Origin: Balneolaceae bacterium
GTDB taxonomy: Bacteria > Bacteroidota > Rhodothermia > Balneolales > Balneolaceae
Length of the DNA stretch: 64,000 nucleotides
NCBI GenBank assembly: GCA_020832225.1
Contig: JAFIFA010000063.1
Span: forward strand, 3,440 to 67,439
Direction: 5' to 3'
The notes under the pieces were generated by a model. It did not search any database. It saw only the letters and a program-made list of their open reading frames with translations, and had not been told where the DNA came from. Positions 1 to 9,288 of the stretch are shown here, piece after piece. The translations under genes were made by a program, and so were the position numbers. Within the stretch, counting starts at the first letter, position 1; every line of letters starts with the position of its first letter.

Positions 1-1
1 T

Positions 2-811
2 GGTCTGGGCGGACGCTACATAACCGCAGAGGATGTGGGTATGACCGAACAGGATATGGAGTGGATCTACTCTGAAACCAAGTATGTGACCGGTATTCCA
101 AAGCACATGGGCGGCAGTGGTAATCCTTCGCCTGTAACTGCTTATGGGGTTTATATGGGAATGAAAGCGTCTGCAAAGCGCGCCTACGGCAGCGATTCGC
201 TAAAAGGAAAACGTATTGGGATACAGGGAGCCGGTTCGGTTGCTTCACACCTGGCACAATATGTGAGCAAAGAGGGCGCCGAAATCTTTATCACCGATAT
301 CTTTGAAGAGAAAGCAAAGAAAGTAGCCAAGGAGACCGGAGCCAAACTGGTGAAGCCGGATGATATCTACACGCTCGAACTCGATATCTTCAGCCCCTGT
401 GCCCTGGGTGGGGTTGTGAACGACGACACTATCAACTACCTGAAGTGTGATATCGTGGCGGGTGGTGCCAACAACATCCTCGATGAAGAAAAGAAGCATG
501 GCCGCGAACTGATCGAGCGGGGTATTCTCTATGCTCCCGACTATGTGATCAATGCCGGTGGATTGATCAATGTGGCAGGCGAATTGGAAGGGTACAACGA
601 GAAACTGGCCATGGAAAAAACGGCCCGAATCTACGATACGGTACTCCGGATTTTCGATGTGGCTGAACAGCACAAGATTCCAACGATAGCTGCCTCTAAC
701 CGCATCGCCGAAGAGCGTATGAGATCTGTAGGTCGTGTAGGAAACATCTACTCCTCCAATTCACACTTCTCACAAAGAAAAGGGCAGATCTATCTGCGCG
801 ATCGCAAATAG
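2..811 (+). CDS. Leu/Val/Phe dehydrogenase (Glu/Leu/Phe/Val dehydrogenase family), 5'-truncated by the window edge
   Basis: The frame is open from nt 2 (GLGGRYITAEDVGMT precedes the listed Met). It has the Rossmann motif GIQGAGSVASHLA and YAPDYVINAGGLINVA, both typical of Leu/Phe/Val dehydrogenases. Confidence 0.85.
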   Translation, partial: GLGGRYITAEDVGMTEQDMEWIYSETKYVTGIPKHMGGSGNPSPVTAYGVYMGMKASAKRAYGSDSLKGKRIGIQGAGSVASHLAQYVSKEGAEIFITDIFEEKAKKVAKETGAKLVKPDDIYTLELDIFSPCALGGVVNDDTINYLKCDIVAGGANNILDEEKKHGRELIERGILYAPDYVINAGGLINVAGELEGYNEKLAMEKTARIYDTVLRIFDVAEQHKIPTIAASNRIAEERMRSVGRVGNIYSSNSHFSQRKGQIYLRDRK

Positions 812-842
812 CAGATTCACAAAAACCAATCAGAGCATATCA

Positions 843-873
843 AGCCCGCCCAATCGGCGGGCTGTTCTGTTTT
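843..873 (+). terminator. Rho-independent terminator after the dehydrogenase gene
   Basis: AGCCCGCC (843-850), loop CAATC, GGCGGGCT (856-863), then GTTCTGTTTT. Confidence 0.7.
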
Positions 874-1070
874 GGGAAACTGTCACAATTTTGAGAAGCA
901 ATGTGTAAGGAAAGAGAGCTGCAAAGTTCGTAATTTTGAAGGCTATTGAAATTTTCGACAAATCTACATCGTTTAATTGTAGATGCAGAAACAGTTGACG
1001 GCGTAAATTTGTTGAGTAAGAAGATCAGAATTTTAGTTACAAAACACCTTACAGAGGTATTTGGTAAATT

Positions 1071-1976
1071 ATGTCACTGAGAAAGAAGTTTGAATTTAAG
1101 GACCGGATGATTAAGGGAATTCATGACACCGGTGAATTTAAGATCAGCGTGGTTAAGACCACCGAGGTTGTTAAAACCGCTCGTGAAAATCACAACCTTT
1201 CGCTGCTTAATACGGTGCTTCTCGGAAGAACCCTGACCGCTTCAATGCTGCTCGCTTCAGAACTGAAGGGTGAAGAGAGGATTCAGGTACGGCTTGAAGG
1301 CGGTGGCCCGGTAGGTCTTCTTCTTGCTGAAGCGAACCGCGTTGGTGAGATCCGTGGATACTCCGGAAATCCCGCTGCGGAGCTCGACTACTCTGACAGC
1401 AGTGTCACAATCGGGGATGGAATCGGTCTTGGGCTTCTTACCATATCAAAAACGCTATACAATGAAGCAGAGCCCAGAACAAGCACCATTGAGCTGATTG
1501 AGGGCGATGTGATTTCCGATATGGCGCACTACATGGCGCAATCGGAGCAGGTGCTATCCGGTTTTCTTCTCGATGTTGGAATGGATGGAGATGGTGAGGT
1601 TACACACGCCGGCGGTGTACTGATTCAGAGGCTTCCCGATGCGGATGAGAGCACAATGGAGAAACTTCAGAAAACCCTGCAGTCACTACCACCATTGAGC
1701 GAACTCTTTTCCAATGATCACTACATTGATGATGTGATGAGGATGGCCTCAGCTCCATTCACGGTTCGTGAGCTCGATCGTCAGCCCGTGCACTTTTTCT
1801 GCCGCTGCTCTCCTGATCGTTTCAAAAATGCACTCTCCATGCTCAGTTATGATGACTTGAAAGAGCTTGATGGGGAGAGCCAGGAAGTGGTATGCCACTA
1901 CTGCGGAAACCGAATGGAGGTCTCAAGAGATGAGATCCGTGAGCTTGCTGAAGAGGCGAAGGCAAAACTAAATTAG
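1071..1976 (+). CDS. hslO: Redox-regulated chaperone Hsp33
   Basis: 301 aa. The C-terminal zinc switch FFCRCS...VVCHYCGN (CXC...CXXC) and overall Hsp33 length and layout are present. Confidence 0.9.
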   Translation: MSLRKKFEFKDRMIKGIHDTGEFKISVVKTTEVVKTARENHNLSLLNTVLLGRTLTASMLLASELKGEERIQVRLEGGGPVGLLLAEANRVGEIRGYSGNPAAELDYSDSSVTIGDGIGLGLLTISKTLYNEAEPRTSTIELIEGDVISDMAHYMAQSEQVLSGFLLDVGMDGDGEVTHAGGVLIQRLPDADESTMEKLQKTLQSLPPLSELFSNDHYIDDVMRMASAPFTVRELDRQPVHFFCRCSPDRFKNALSMLSYDDLKELDGESQEVVCHYCGNRMEVSRDEIRELAEEAKAKLN

Positions 1977-1986
1977 GTGATCATAT

Positions 1987-3276
1987 ATGGACGATGAACC
2001 GAGGGTTGTTATCGTAGGGGGGGGATTCGGCGGAATTGCGGCAGCGCGGTCACTTCGAAAAACAGATTGCCGGATTACACTGATCGATAAAAAGAATCAC
2101 CACCTCTTTCAGCCACTTCTCTATCAGGTAGCTACGGCAGCCCTCTCACCGGGCGATATAGCTGTGCCCATTCGCGCAATATTCAGCCGAAACAAGAATA
2201 TTGAGACGATACTTGGTGAGGTTACAGAGGTTGATCAGGAGCAGAAATCCGTGATACTTTCGGATGGCGAGGCCATTCCATACGACTATCTGATACTGGC
2301 TCCGGGAGCCAGATACAACTATTTCGGGAATGAAAAGTGGCAAGAGTTTGCGCCGGGGCTTAAAACACTCAACAATGCACTCGCTATTCGGGAGCGGGTT
2401 CTGATCTCTCTTGAAAAAGCGGATAAAATCAAAGATCCCAAAAAGCGAAAACCTTATCTCACCTATGCCGTGATTGGCGGCGGCCCTACCGGAGTGGAGA
2501 TGGCCGGTGCCATCGCTGAAATTGCCAAGCGCAACATGATGCGCGATTTCAGGCAGATTTCACCGGATGAAACCGATGTGATTTTGATTGAAGCGGCCGA
2601 TGCCATATTGAACGGCTACCCTTCTGAACTCTCCGAAAAGGCGAAAAAGGAGCTGGAGAAGATGGGAGTTACTGTAATGTTGAACAGCCCGGTCAAGGAG
2701 ATCCGTGAAAACGGCGTGCAGATGGATGACCGGTTTATAGATACGCCGAACATCATCTGGGCAGCCGGTGTGGAGGCGTCTCCCCTAATAGGTGTACTAA
2801 ATTGCGAAACCGACAAAATGGGAAGGGCGCGGGTTAGAGGGGATCTGTCGATACCCGGTTCAGACAACATCTTTGTTATAGGTGATGCTGCCTATGTTGA
2901 GAATAATGAGGGTAAGCCGCTGCCCGCACTTGCTCCGGTAGCGCTACAGCAGGGTACATATCTGGCAAAATTGATCAAAAATAGATTAAAGGGGAAAGAT
3001 ACTCCGTCCTTTTCTTACACGGATAAAGGAAGCATGGCTACCATTGGTCGCGCACGTGCTGTGGCTGATGTTCGCGGCTTCAAATTTTCAGGCCTGTTTG
3101 CGTGGCTGCTCTGGTCGCTGATCCATATCTTTTTCCTGATTGGGTTCCGAAACCGTTTCCGGGTATTCGCAGAATGGATCTGGCACTATATCACATTCAA
3201 GCGAGGAGTAAGGTTGATTACCACTGATGCGGATGATGTAGCTTCCCGGATGAAGGATCGTCAAAAAGAGACTTGA
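1987..3276 (+). CDS. ndh: Type II NADH:quinone oxidoreductase (NDH-2)
   Basis: Two dinucleotide-binding motifs, VVIVGGGFGG and VIGGGPTGVEMAG. C-terminal amphipathic/hydrophobic tail. Starts 10 nt after hslO. Confidence 0.88.
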   Translation: MDDEPRVVIVGGGFGGIAAARSLRKTDCRITLIDKKNHHLFQPLLYQVATAALSPGDIAVPIRAIFSRNKNIETILGEVTEVDQEQKSVILSDGEAIPYDYLILAPGARYNYFGNEKWQEFAPGLKTLNNALAIRERVLISLEKADKIKDPKKRKPYLTYAVIGGGPTGVEMAGAIAEIAKRNMMRDFRQISPDETDVILIEAADAILNGYPSELSEKAKKELEKMGVTVMLNSPVKEIRENGVQMDDRFIDTPNIIWAAGVEASPLIGVLNCETDKMGRARVRGDLSIPGSDNIFVIGDAAYVENNEGKPLPALAPVALQQGTYLAKLIKNRLKGKDTPSFSYTDKGSMATIGRARAVADVRGFKFSGLFAWLLWSLIHIFFLIGFRNRFRVFAEWIWHYITFKRGVRLITTDADDVASRMKDRQKET

Positions 3277-3280
3277 AAGA

Positions 3281-3730
3281 CTATACGGCAAAAGATGAGC
3301 CACAGCCACATGATTCGCTGGCGTTGGGGTTGTCGAATGTAAAGCCCCTGGCATCCAGTCCATCCGGATAGTCGATTTTGATCCCGTTGAGATACATCAT
3401 ATGCTTGGGATTTACGATCACTTCAAATCCCTGGCTTTTGATCACTTCATCCTCATCGGTTCGGATGTCGAAACCGAGCTTGTAGCTAAGCCCCGAGCAG
3501 CCTCCACCCTCTACAGCAACCCTCAGGTAGAGGTTTTCATCAAGATCTTCGTTATCGCGGATCTTTCGAATCTGTTTGGCTGCCCTCTCTGTAAGAGAGA
3601 CCGGATCGGCGTTGGGAGATGCCGGTGCAGGCATTGGAAGAGAGGGAGATTCAGTTCCGCTCTCATCATCAGGTACATCATCAATCAGTGATGAAATTAC
3701 ATCGTCCAGGTTTTCGTCTTCAATAGCCAT
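3281..3730 (-). CDS. HesB/IscA-family iron-sulfur cluster insertion protein with an acidic N-terminal extension
   Basis: GGCSGLSY and the C-terminal CGCGSSFAV signature. About 45 aa of D/E/P-rich N-terminal extension. Confidence 0.85.
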   Translation of the reverse strand: MAIEDENLDDVISSLIDDVPDDESGTESPSLPMPAPASPNADPVSLTERAAKQIRKIRDNEDLDENLYLRVAVEGGGCSGLSYKLGFDIRTDEDEVIKSQGFEVIVNPKHMMYLNGIKIDYPDGLDARGFTFDNPNASESCGCGSSFAV

Positions 3731-3751
3731 AAAATTACTGCTCTGTCTTAT

Positions 3752-4429
3752 TTACTTCGTGCTTTCTGCGAATGTAAAAACATCCTCCTCGTAGCGTCTA
3801 AAGATCTTCAAAACTCCTGCACTTACCAAATTGACAAGTATGCGGGAGGCTCTGTATGATGTTACGTTAACGATCTGAGCAAACTTTGAAACGGTGATTT
3901 CACCATATTCATTCAGATAGCGAAAAAGCATCTGCTCATTCTTTCCATATTCAAAAGTAACGCCGTCATCCGAATACTGTTGCTTCAGTATTTCGGTCTG
4001 TTCATCGCTGGCAAGTGTGCTCTCGTCCCTGATGCGAATAAAGACCAATCTCTTCTTTTTTCCCTTCACATAGACCGGCTTCTTCTCCATCTCGGGTACG
4101 CTAACCACCATCACATCTTCCATGCCGGAGTGAACCAGCTCTATGCGTAGCGGAATAGCTGGAACACACCACTTCTGGGCGGCCTCCATCAGAAGGAACT
4201 CCTCTTCAAAGTAGGCACTAACACCGGAGATATTCTTGTTGTCATCGACTCCCACAAGGATGGTTCCGCCTTTAGTATTGGCAAAAGCGGCGATTTCGCG
4301 GGCAATTTTTTGTGCGTTTGGGATCGTTTTCTTGAACTCCAGAAATGTCCCTTCGCCGGTCTGAATGAGGTTACGGAGTTCAGCCGGACCCATATCCGAT
4401 ATCGTGATTTCACCATTTGGAAGATACAT
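3752..4429 (-). CDS. AlbA_2 (Schlafen-like) domain protein with a C-terminal winged-helix, putative nucleic-acid-binding regulator
   Basis: GEGTFLEFKKTIP...IAAFANTKGGTILVGVDD matches the AlbA_2 'divergent AAA' DNA-binding domain. The C-terminal part is HTH-like. Confidence 0.6.
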   Translation of the reverse strand: MYLPNGEITISDMGPAELRNLIQTGEGTFLEFKKTIPNAQKIAREIAAFANTKGGTILVGVDDNKNISGVSAYFEEEFLLMEAAQKWCVPAIPLRIELVHSGMEDVMVVSVPEMEKKPVYVKGKKKRLVFIRIRDESTLASDEQTEILKQQYSDDGVTFEYGKNEQMLFRYLNEYGEITVSKFAQIVNVTSYRASRILVNLVSAGVLKIFRRYEEDVFTFAESTK

Positions 4430-4480
4430 GTCGGTCAGGTTTTAAAAGATCAGGGGTTCGCTGTGGGGGTCTCGGGAAGA

Positions 4481-5491
4481 TTAGATCATGATCTCATTCT
4501 TCGCATTTCGTGACATTAATTTGTCGACGGCGTCTTTTGGATTCACGCCTTCAAAAAGAATACGATAAACCGCTTCAGTTATTGGCATCTCAACGGAATT
4601 CTTCTCAGCCCACTGATGTACCGATTCTGCAGTCTTTACACCCTCTGCAACCATATTCATACCGGAAATAATTTCATCCAGGGATTTACCCTGCCCGATA
4701 CTGTATCCCACAAAGCGGTTTCGGCTGTGGCGGCTGGTGCAGGTAACAATGAGGTCGCCCATCCCGGTGAGGCCGGAGAAGGTATCTTGAGAAGCGCCCA
4801 GAGAGGTTCCCATTCGTTTCATTTCATGAAGGCCGCGAGTCATCAGAGCTGCCTTTGCGTTGTCGCCAAGATCCGCACCATCCACAATACCGGCGGCGAT
4901 AGCCATAATATTTTTTAGCGCTCCACCTATTTCGGCTCCGGTGATATCGTAATTGAGATAGACCCGAAACATTTTGGAAAGAAACGTCTCCTGAATCTGT
5001 TGTGCTGCACGTTTGGAATAGGCCGATGCAACTACCGTGGTTGGCTTGAAGTGTCCAACCTCTTCGGCGTGGCTGGGGCCCGTCAGTACACCGATCTGAT
5101 CTTCGAGCAGGGTGCCTTCAAGAACATCCGCTAATATCTGTGTGGGCGTCATCAGGGTATCCTTTTCGATTCCCTTGGAGACGGTAACAACAATTTCTGA
5201 GCCGCTCAGGTATGGCTTCACTTTTCCGGCCACATCACGAATGGCGTGAGATGGCGTGGCAAAAAGAACCATTTCCGCATCTTTGAGAGCGTTTACGATG
5301 TCTGATGTCGAAGATACGCTTTTCGGAAGAGTTACGTCACTAATGTACTCCGGGTTGACATGCTTGCTGTTTATACCCTCTGCTACATGGTCTTCCCGGG
5401 CCCACATGGTGACGGGATAATTCTTGTTGCCAAGAACAACAGCCATGGCTGTTCCAAAACTTCCGGCTCCTATAATGGTTATATGTTTCAC
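4481..5491 (-). CDS. gpsA: NAD(P)H-dependent glycerol-3-phosphate dehydrogenase
   Basis: ITIIGAGSFGTAMA N-terminal Rossmann motif, GALKNIMAIAAGI and GDLIVTCTS motifs. 4-nt overlap with plsY. Confidence 0.93.
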   Translation of the reverse strand: MKHITIIGAGSFGTAMAVVLGNKNYPVTMWAREDHVAEGINSKHVNPEYISDVTLPKSVSSTSDIVNALKDAEMVLFATPSHAIRDVAGKVKPYLSGSEIVVTVSKGIEKDTLMTPTQILADVLEGTLLEDQIGVLTGPSHAEEVGHFKPTTVVASAYSKRAAQQIQETFLSKMFRVYLNYDITGAEIGGALKNIMAIAAGIVDGADLGDNAKAALMTRGLHEMKRMGTSLGASQDTFSGLTGMGDLIVTCTSRHSRNRFVGYSIGQGKSLDEIISGMNMVAEGVKTAESVHQWAEKNSVEMPITEAVYRILFEGVNPKDAVDKLMSRNAKNEIMI

Positions 5492-6180
5492 TCTGAAGAT
5501 CCTTCTTTAAGTCGCCCGTCTGATGGTTTAAACGATTTCACCCGGTTTTCATTTCCTTCCATAAGGCGTTTAATATTTCCTTTATGTTTTATAATGACAC
5601 CAATGGCAAGTGCGCTGCTGAATATGATGATGCTGCCGTCGATCTCCACACCCATTCCGTATCGAAGGGTTAACTGAGAAAATGGATAGATGACAGAGGC
5701 CACGATTGTGCCGAGAGATACGTATCTGGAAGCAAACATCACAATCAGGAATATTGAAAGTGAGATTGAGATTGAGATGGGTTCTACGCCATAGAGCATG
5801 CCACAAGCTGTTGCCGCCCCCTTTCCACCGCTGAACCCGGCATATACCGGAAACATATGGCCAACTACGGCTGCAACGCCACTTAGAATGACCAGCATGG
5901 CATCTACATCCCAATTTTCATAAAAAGTGATAGGCCCTGAACCGATACTGTAGGCGAGCTGGCTCACCACCAGGGTGCAGAAGAGGCCCTTTCCGAAGTC
6001 GAGGAGAAGAACGATGGTGCCTGCTTTCCAGCCGAGAATACGGAATGTGTTAGTGGCTCCGGCATTCCCGCTTCCATGATTCCGAATGTCTACACTGTAG
6101 AATATTTTGCCCATCCAGAGGGAGCTCGGAATGGCGCCGATCAGGTAACAGATCAGTACGACAGCAAGAATCGATAGCAT
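5488..6180 (-). CDS. plsY: Glycerol-3-phosphate acyltransferase PlsY
   Basis: Polytopic membrane protein with the GSGNAGATNTFR and FKGGKG-like (FSGGKGAAT) motifs. Confidence 0.9.
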   Translation of the reverse strand: MLSILAVVLICYLIGAIPSSLWMGKIFYSVDIRNHGSGNAGATNTFRILGWKAGTIVLLLDFGKGLFCTLVVSQLAYSIGSGPITFYENWDVDAMLVILSGVAAVVGHMFPVYAGFSGGKGAATACGMLYGVEPISISISLSIFLIVMFASRYVSLGTIVASVIYPFSQLTLRYGMGVEIDGSIIIFSSALAIGVIIKHKGNIKRLMEGNENRVKSFKPSDGRLKEGSSE

Positions 6181-6262
6181 TGGAAGCGTTTCCTGTTAAC
6201 AGTTTCCGGCTTTCCGTTTCGCTAAAGTGAACCGGTGCCGGCGTCCGTTGTGGATGATATCT

Positions 6263-7141
6263 TTAAACGTGACGTTCGGCGTGGTATGAAGAGCGTACAA
6301 GCGGACCACTCTCAACATGCTCAAGACCGAGTTCTTCGCCAATCTCTTTGTACTCTGCAAACTGATCAGGATGTACCCACTCAACAACCGGATGATGCAT
6401 TTTTGTTGGCTGCATATACTGGCCAATGGTCAGAACGTCAACTTTATGGTCCACGCAGTCCTGCATGAGCTGTATCACCTCTTCGCGGGTCTCTCCAAGA
6501 CCGACCATGATGCCGGTTTTGGTTCTGAGCCCCTGATCCTTACAGCGCAGAAGCAGCTCAAGGGAGCGCTCATACTTCGCTTGTGGACGCACGTTGCGAT
6601 AGAGTCTTGGTACAGTTTCCAGATTGTGGCTCAGCACATCAGGTGGTGTATCGATAACGATCTGAAGGGCATCCCATACGCCGCGGAAATCAGGAATCAG
6701 CGATTCGATGGTTACGCCATCGATTGTATCTCTGAGAACTTTGTGGCACTCGGCAAAAATTGGGGCACCTCCATCTTTACGCTCGTCACGGTTTACAGAG
6801 GTGAGAACAACGTGCTTCAGTTTCATTTTGGAGGCTGCATCAGCAACGCGGCGTGGCTCATCCCAGTCGAGCCCCTGAACCGGCCGGCCTGTTTTCACGG
6901 CGCAGAAAGAGCAGGATCGTGTACAGACATCGCCCAGAATCATAAATGTGGCGGTACCGGCACCCCAGCACTCACCCATATTGGGGCAACGCGCTTCCGA
7001 ACAGACCGTGTTGAGATTGTTTTTCCGGATGGTTTCAGAGACCTCCTTAAACTTCTCTCCGGATGGGAGTTTTACACGGAGCCAGTCGGGCCGTCTCTGT
7101 GCGGGACTTTCTTTGTCTATTACGTCTAACTCTTTAATCAT
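6263..7141 (-). CDS. lipA: Lipoyl synthase
   Basis: CPNMGECW auxiliary cluster motif and radical-SAM CTRSCSFC. 292 aa. Confidence 0.95.
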   Translation of the reverse strand: MIKELDVIDKESPAQRRPDWLRVKLPSGEKFKEVSETIRKNNLNTVCSEARCPNMGECWGAGTATFMILGDVCTRSCSFCAVKTGRPVQGLDWDEPRRVADAASKMKLKHVVLTSVNRDERKDGGAPIFAECHKVLRDTIDGVTIESLIPDFRGVWDALQIVIDTPPDVLSHNLETVPRLYRNVRPQAKYERSLELLLRCKDQGLRTKTGIMVGLGETREEVIQLMQDCVDHKVDVLTIGQYMQPTKMHHPVVEWVHPDQFAEYKEIGEELGLEHVESGPLVRSSYHAERHV

Positions 7142-7262
7142 AAGTCAAAAATGTTTGCCTGATGCAGGCCTGAAAAATTCATTTTTAAAGGTACGAAAAT
7201 TGTTCGAGGGGTTCAGGCAGGATTTCGTTGGTCTGTTGTTTCAAATGGTATAGTTAGGATCA

Positions 7263-7976
7263 TTATCGGATCGCATTGAGAGTCTCCCTTTGAACACGTA
7301 TCTCAACGCCGAAAACATCTCCGAAGTGCCTGATGATCTTCTGCTTTACTTCCGTTTCATCAATGGTTCTGCCGGTAAGTTTGGAGAGTGAACTCACCTT
7401 TTTGTCTGAGATACCGCAAGGAACAATGTGGTCGAAATAGGAGAGGTCGGTATTGACGTTGAGCGCAAATCCATGCATGGTTACCCATCTTGAACAGCGA
7501 ATGCCCATGGCGCATATCTTCTGATCACCCGACCAGACGCCTGTAAGCCCATCAATTCGTCCGGCTTCAACGCCATACTCAGCAGCGGTTCTGATGATTA
7601 TCTCTTCAAGGTAGCGGAGGTATTTGTGGATGTCGGTGAAGTGGTTGTCGAGATCCATAATTGGATAGCCTACTATCTGACCCGGGCCGTGGTAGGTGAT
7701 ATCTCCACCACGATCGATCTCCACATATTCTGCCTGGATACCCGCAAGTTCGTTCACTCCTTTTAGCAGATGCGAAGAGTCACCGCTCTTTCCGAGCGTA
7801 TAGACGTGCGGATGCTCCACAAACAGAAGCTGATCGTTGTGAAGCTGTGCCGGGGTATTTCCGTCCCTGATCGCCCTTTTCTGATCGATCAGGAGCTTTT
7901 GTACTGATTTTTGAAGATCCCAGGCAGACCTGTAGGGGGAGTGGCCGAGATCGTATACATCGATGACTCTTTTCAT
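7263..7976 (-). CDS. lipB: Octanoyltransferase LipB
   Basis: RGGDITYHGPGQ and the CGI (PCGISDK) catalytic region. I place the start at the ATG at 7976 (MKRVIDVYDLG). The 48-codon upstream extension in the ORF track looks non-coding. Confidence 0.88.
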   Translation of the reverse strand: MKRVIDVYDLGHSPYRSAWDLQKSVQKLLIDQKRAIRDGNTPAQLHNDQLLFVEHPHVYTLGKSGDSSHLLKGVNELAGIQAEYVEIDRGGDITYHGPGQIVGYPIMDLDNHFTDIHKYLRYLEEIIIRTAAEYGVEAGRIDGLTGVWSGDQKICAMGIRCSRWVTMHGFALNVNTDLSYFDHIVPCGISDKKVSSLSKLTGRTIDETEVKQKIIRHFGDVFGVEIRVQRETLNAIR

Positions 7977-8129
7977 AGCCCAAAGATAACGAAAAGATTG
8001 GAGTTTTGATTTCCTCCGGTCTCCCACCCCTAAATGTGAGAAGACGCCGCGATCAGAACCGGTTTCCCGGTTTCCATTGTTTACGGACGTCTTCTCTGAG
8101 AGGCGTCTCTTTATCGGCACTCTTCACCG

Positions 8130-8822
8130 TCAGTTAGCATCGCGCAGTACAAAGGTAACAGGAAGCTGAAACTGCACTCTTACCGGTCTGCCGCGCTGAT
8201 GGCCGGGCACAAATTCCGCCTGTTTCACTACTCTTACGGCCTCTTCATCGCAGCCACCGCCAATTCCGCGAACAATGACCGGGTTCTCCACCTCACCCTG
8301 TTCGTTCACAATAAACTGCACGTGTACCCGACCCTGAATATTTGCTTTTCGGGCCATCTCGGGGTACCTGACGTTGTGCTGAAGTGCGGCCATGCCATCT
8401 TTCAGTTCCGGCATCTGCTCTACGAAGACATAGAAGTCATCCTCTTCCTCCTCTTCAGCCGGGTCTGATTGTCTTGGTGGTGGCGGGAGCTCAGCCATCG
8501 ATCCGAGGTAGAGGTCTGCGCTGATGTCGATATCAATATCATCGATGATCACATCATTGGGAACCTCGACCGGAACGGGTGGGCGGGGTGGCGGCGGTAC
8601 TTCCGGCTGTTGCCGTGTCTGTATGATCTCTTCCATCTCAACCACCTCCTGCGACTGGGCAACAAACTCCGGTTGCTCTGACGGTCTGATCTCAAGATTC
8701 ACAATGCCTATGAAGAGCAGCAGTGCAAGAATTACACCGCACTGCAGGGTTAAGGTGTAGTAGTTACGAAGGTTTACGACTCCTTTTCTTTTATGGGGTA
8801 GTTTGGGTCTTCTGTTCTCCAT
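8130..8822 (-). CDS. TonB-family energy transducer
   Basis: N-terminal TM anchor, a Pro-rich spacer (QQPEVPPPPRPPVPVEVP) and a C-terminal TonB domain (GRVHVQFIVNEQGEV...). ATG at 8822 is preferred over the TTG at 8894. Confidence 0.82.
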   Translation of the reverse strand: MENRRPKLPHKRKGVVNLRNYYTLTLQCGVILALLLFIGIVNLEIRPSEQPEFVAQSQEVVEMEEIIQTRQQPEVPPPPRPPVPVEVPNDVIIDDIDIDISADLYLGSMAELPPPPRQSDPAEEEEEDDFYVFVEQMPELKDGMAALQHNVRYPEMARKANIQGRVHVQFIVNEQGEVENPVIVRGIGGGCDEEAVRVVKQAEFVPGHQRGRPVRVQFQLPVTFVLRDAN

Positions 8823-9066
8823 GATTCGCCTCTCGCGTTTAGATTGACCGTTCAGATTCTCACCGATCGGTTCATCTTTTCTCTCTAATGGCAATCTATC
8901 GGCGAATTGTTAAGAAAAGGTGTAGAAAGGCTCAAATCAGGGTTTCCCCGATGGTTTGAGCAGGGGAGTTGACTAGTTGGAGGGGCTCTGCGGCCTTCGC
9001 GCCTCCGCTGCGGATCTCGGCGGTTAAACACAGCCGGGATTATAACCTGCCCAAGTGTTCAGTAAG

Positions 9067-9094
9067 GGATCTAAAATAATCAGATCCGTTTTTT
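9067..9094 (+). terminator. Orphan plus-strand intrinsic terminator with no plus-strand ORF upstream
   Basis: GGATCT (9067-9072), 9-nt loop, AGATCC (9082-9087), G, then T6 (9089-9094). Confidence 0.5.
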
Positions 9095-9213
9095 ACCGCT
9101 GTGGGCGCAAAGTAGGCGCAGTGAACGCTGAGAGGTCAAATCACAGTGCCTGAACACCCCCTTGTTAGGTTGGATTATTGTACTCAGTACTTTATGTTTA
9201 CCCACAAATCAAC

Positions 9214-9250
9214 AAAAAAAGGGACAGGCCTTTCGACCTGTCCCTTTTGT
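9214..9250 (-). terminator. Bidirectional intrinsic terminator serving lpd
   Basis: A7, GGGACAGG (9221-9228), loop, CCTGTCCC (9237-9244), TTTTGT. On the minus strand the hairpin is followed by T7. Confidence 0.8.
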
Positions 9251-9288
9251 ATTACGTTACCGGGATTAGAAGGCCCGGTTTAAACGCC

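Noticed and set aside
2017-2024. A G8 homopolymer inside ndh (GTA GGG GGG GGA, encoding the GGG of the FAD-binding GxGxxG motif) as a phase-variation slip tract.
   Set aside because: The run is dictated by three consecutive Gly codons in an essential cofactor motif. There is no evidence of length variation from a single sequence. It is noted only as a potential sequencing-error hotspot.
7977-8120. N-terminal extensions in the ORF track for lipB. The same issue applies to GNAT (14638-14814), pcm (14112-14231), TonB (8823-8894), M14 (32772-32819), GlsB-like (38373-38483), DUF721 (56298-56351), the OMP (52148-52183) and czcA (22919-22945).
   Set aside because: The extensions overlap neighbouring genes or use TTG/GTG codons and have non-protein-like sequence. 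Internal ATG codons give N-termini (signal peptides or family-typical starts) that fit the families better.
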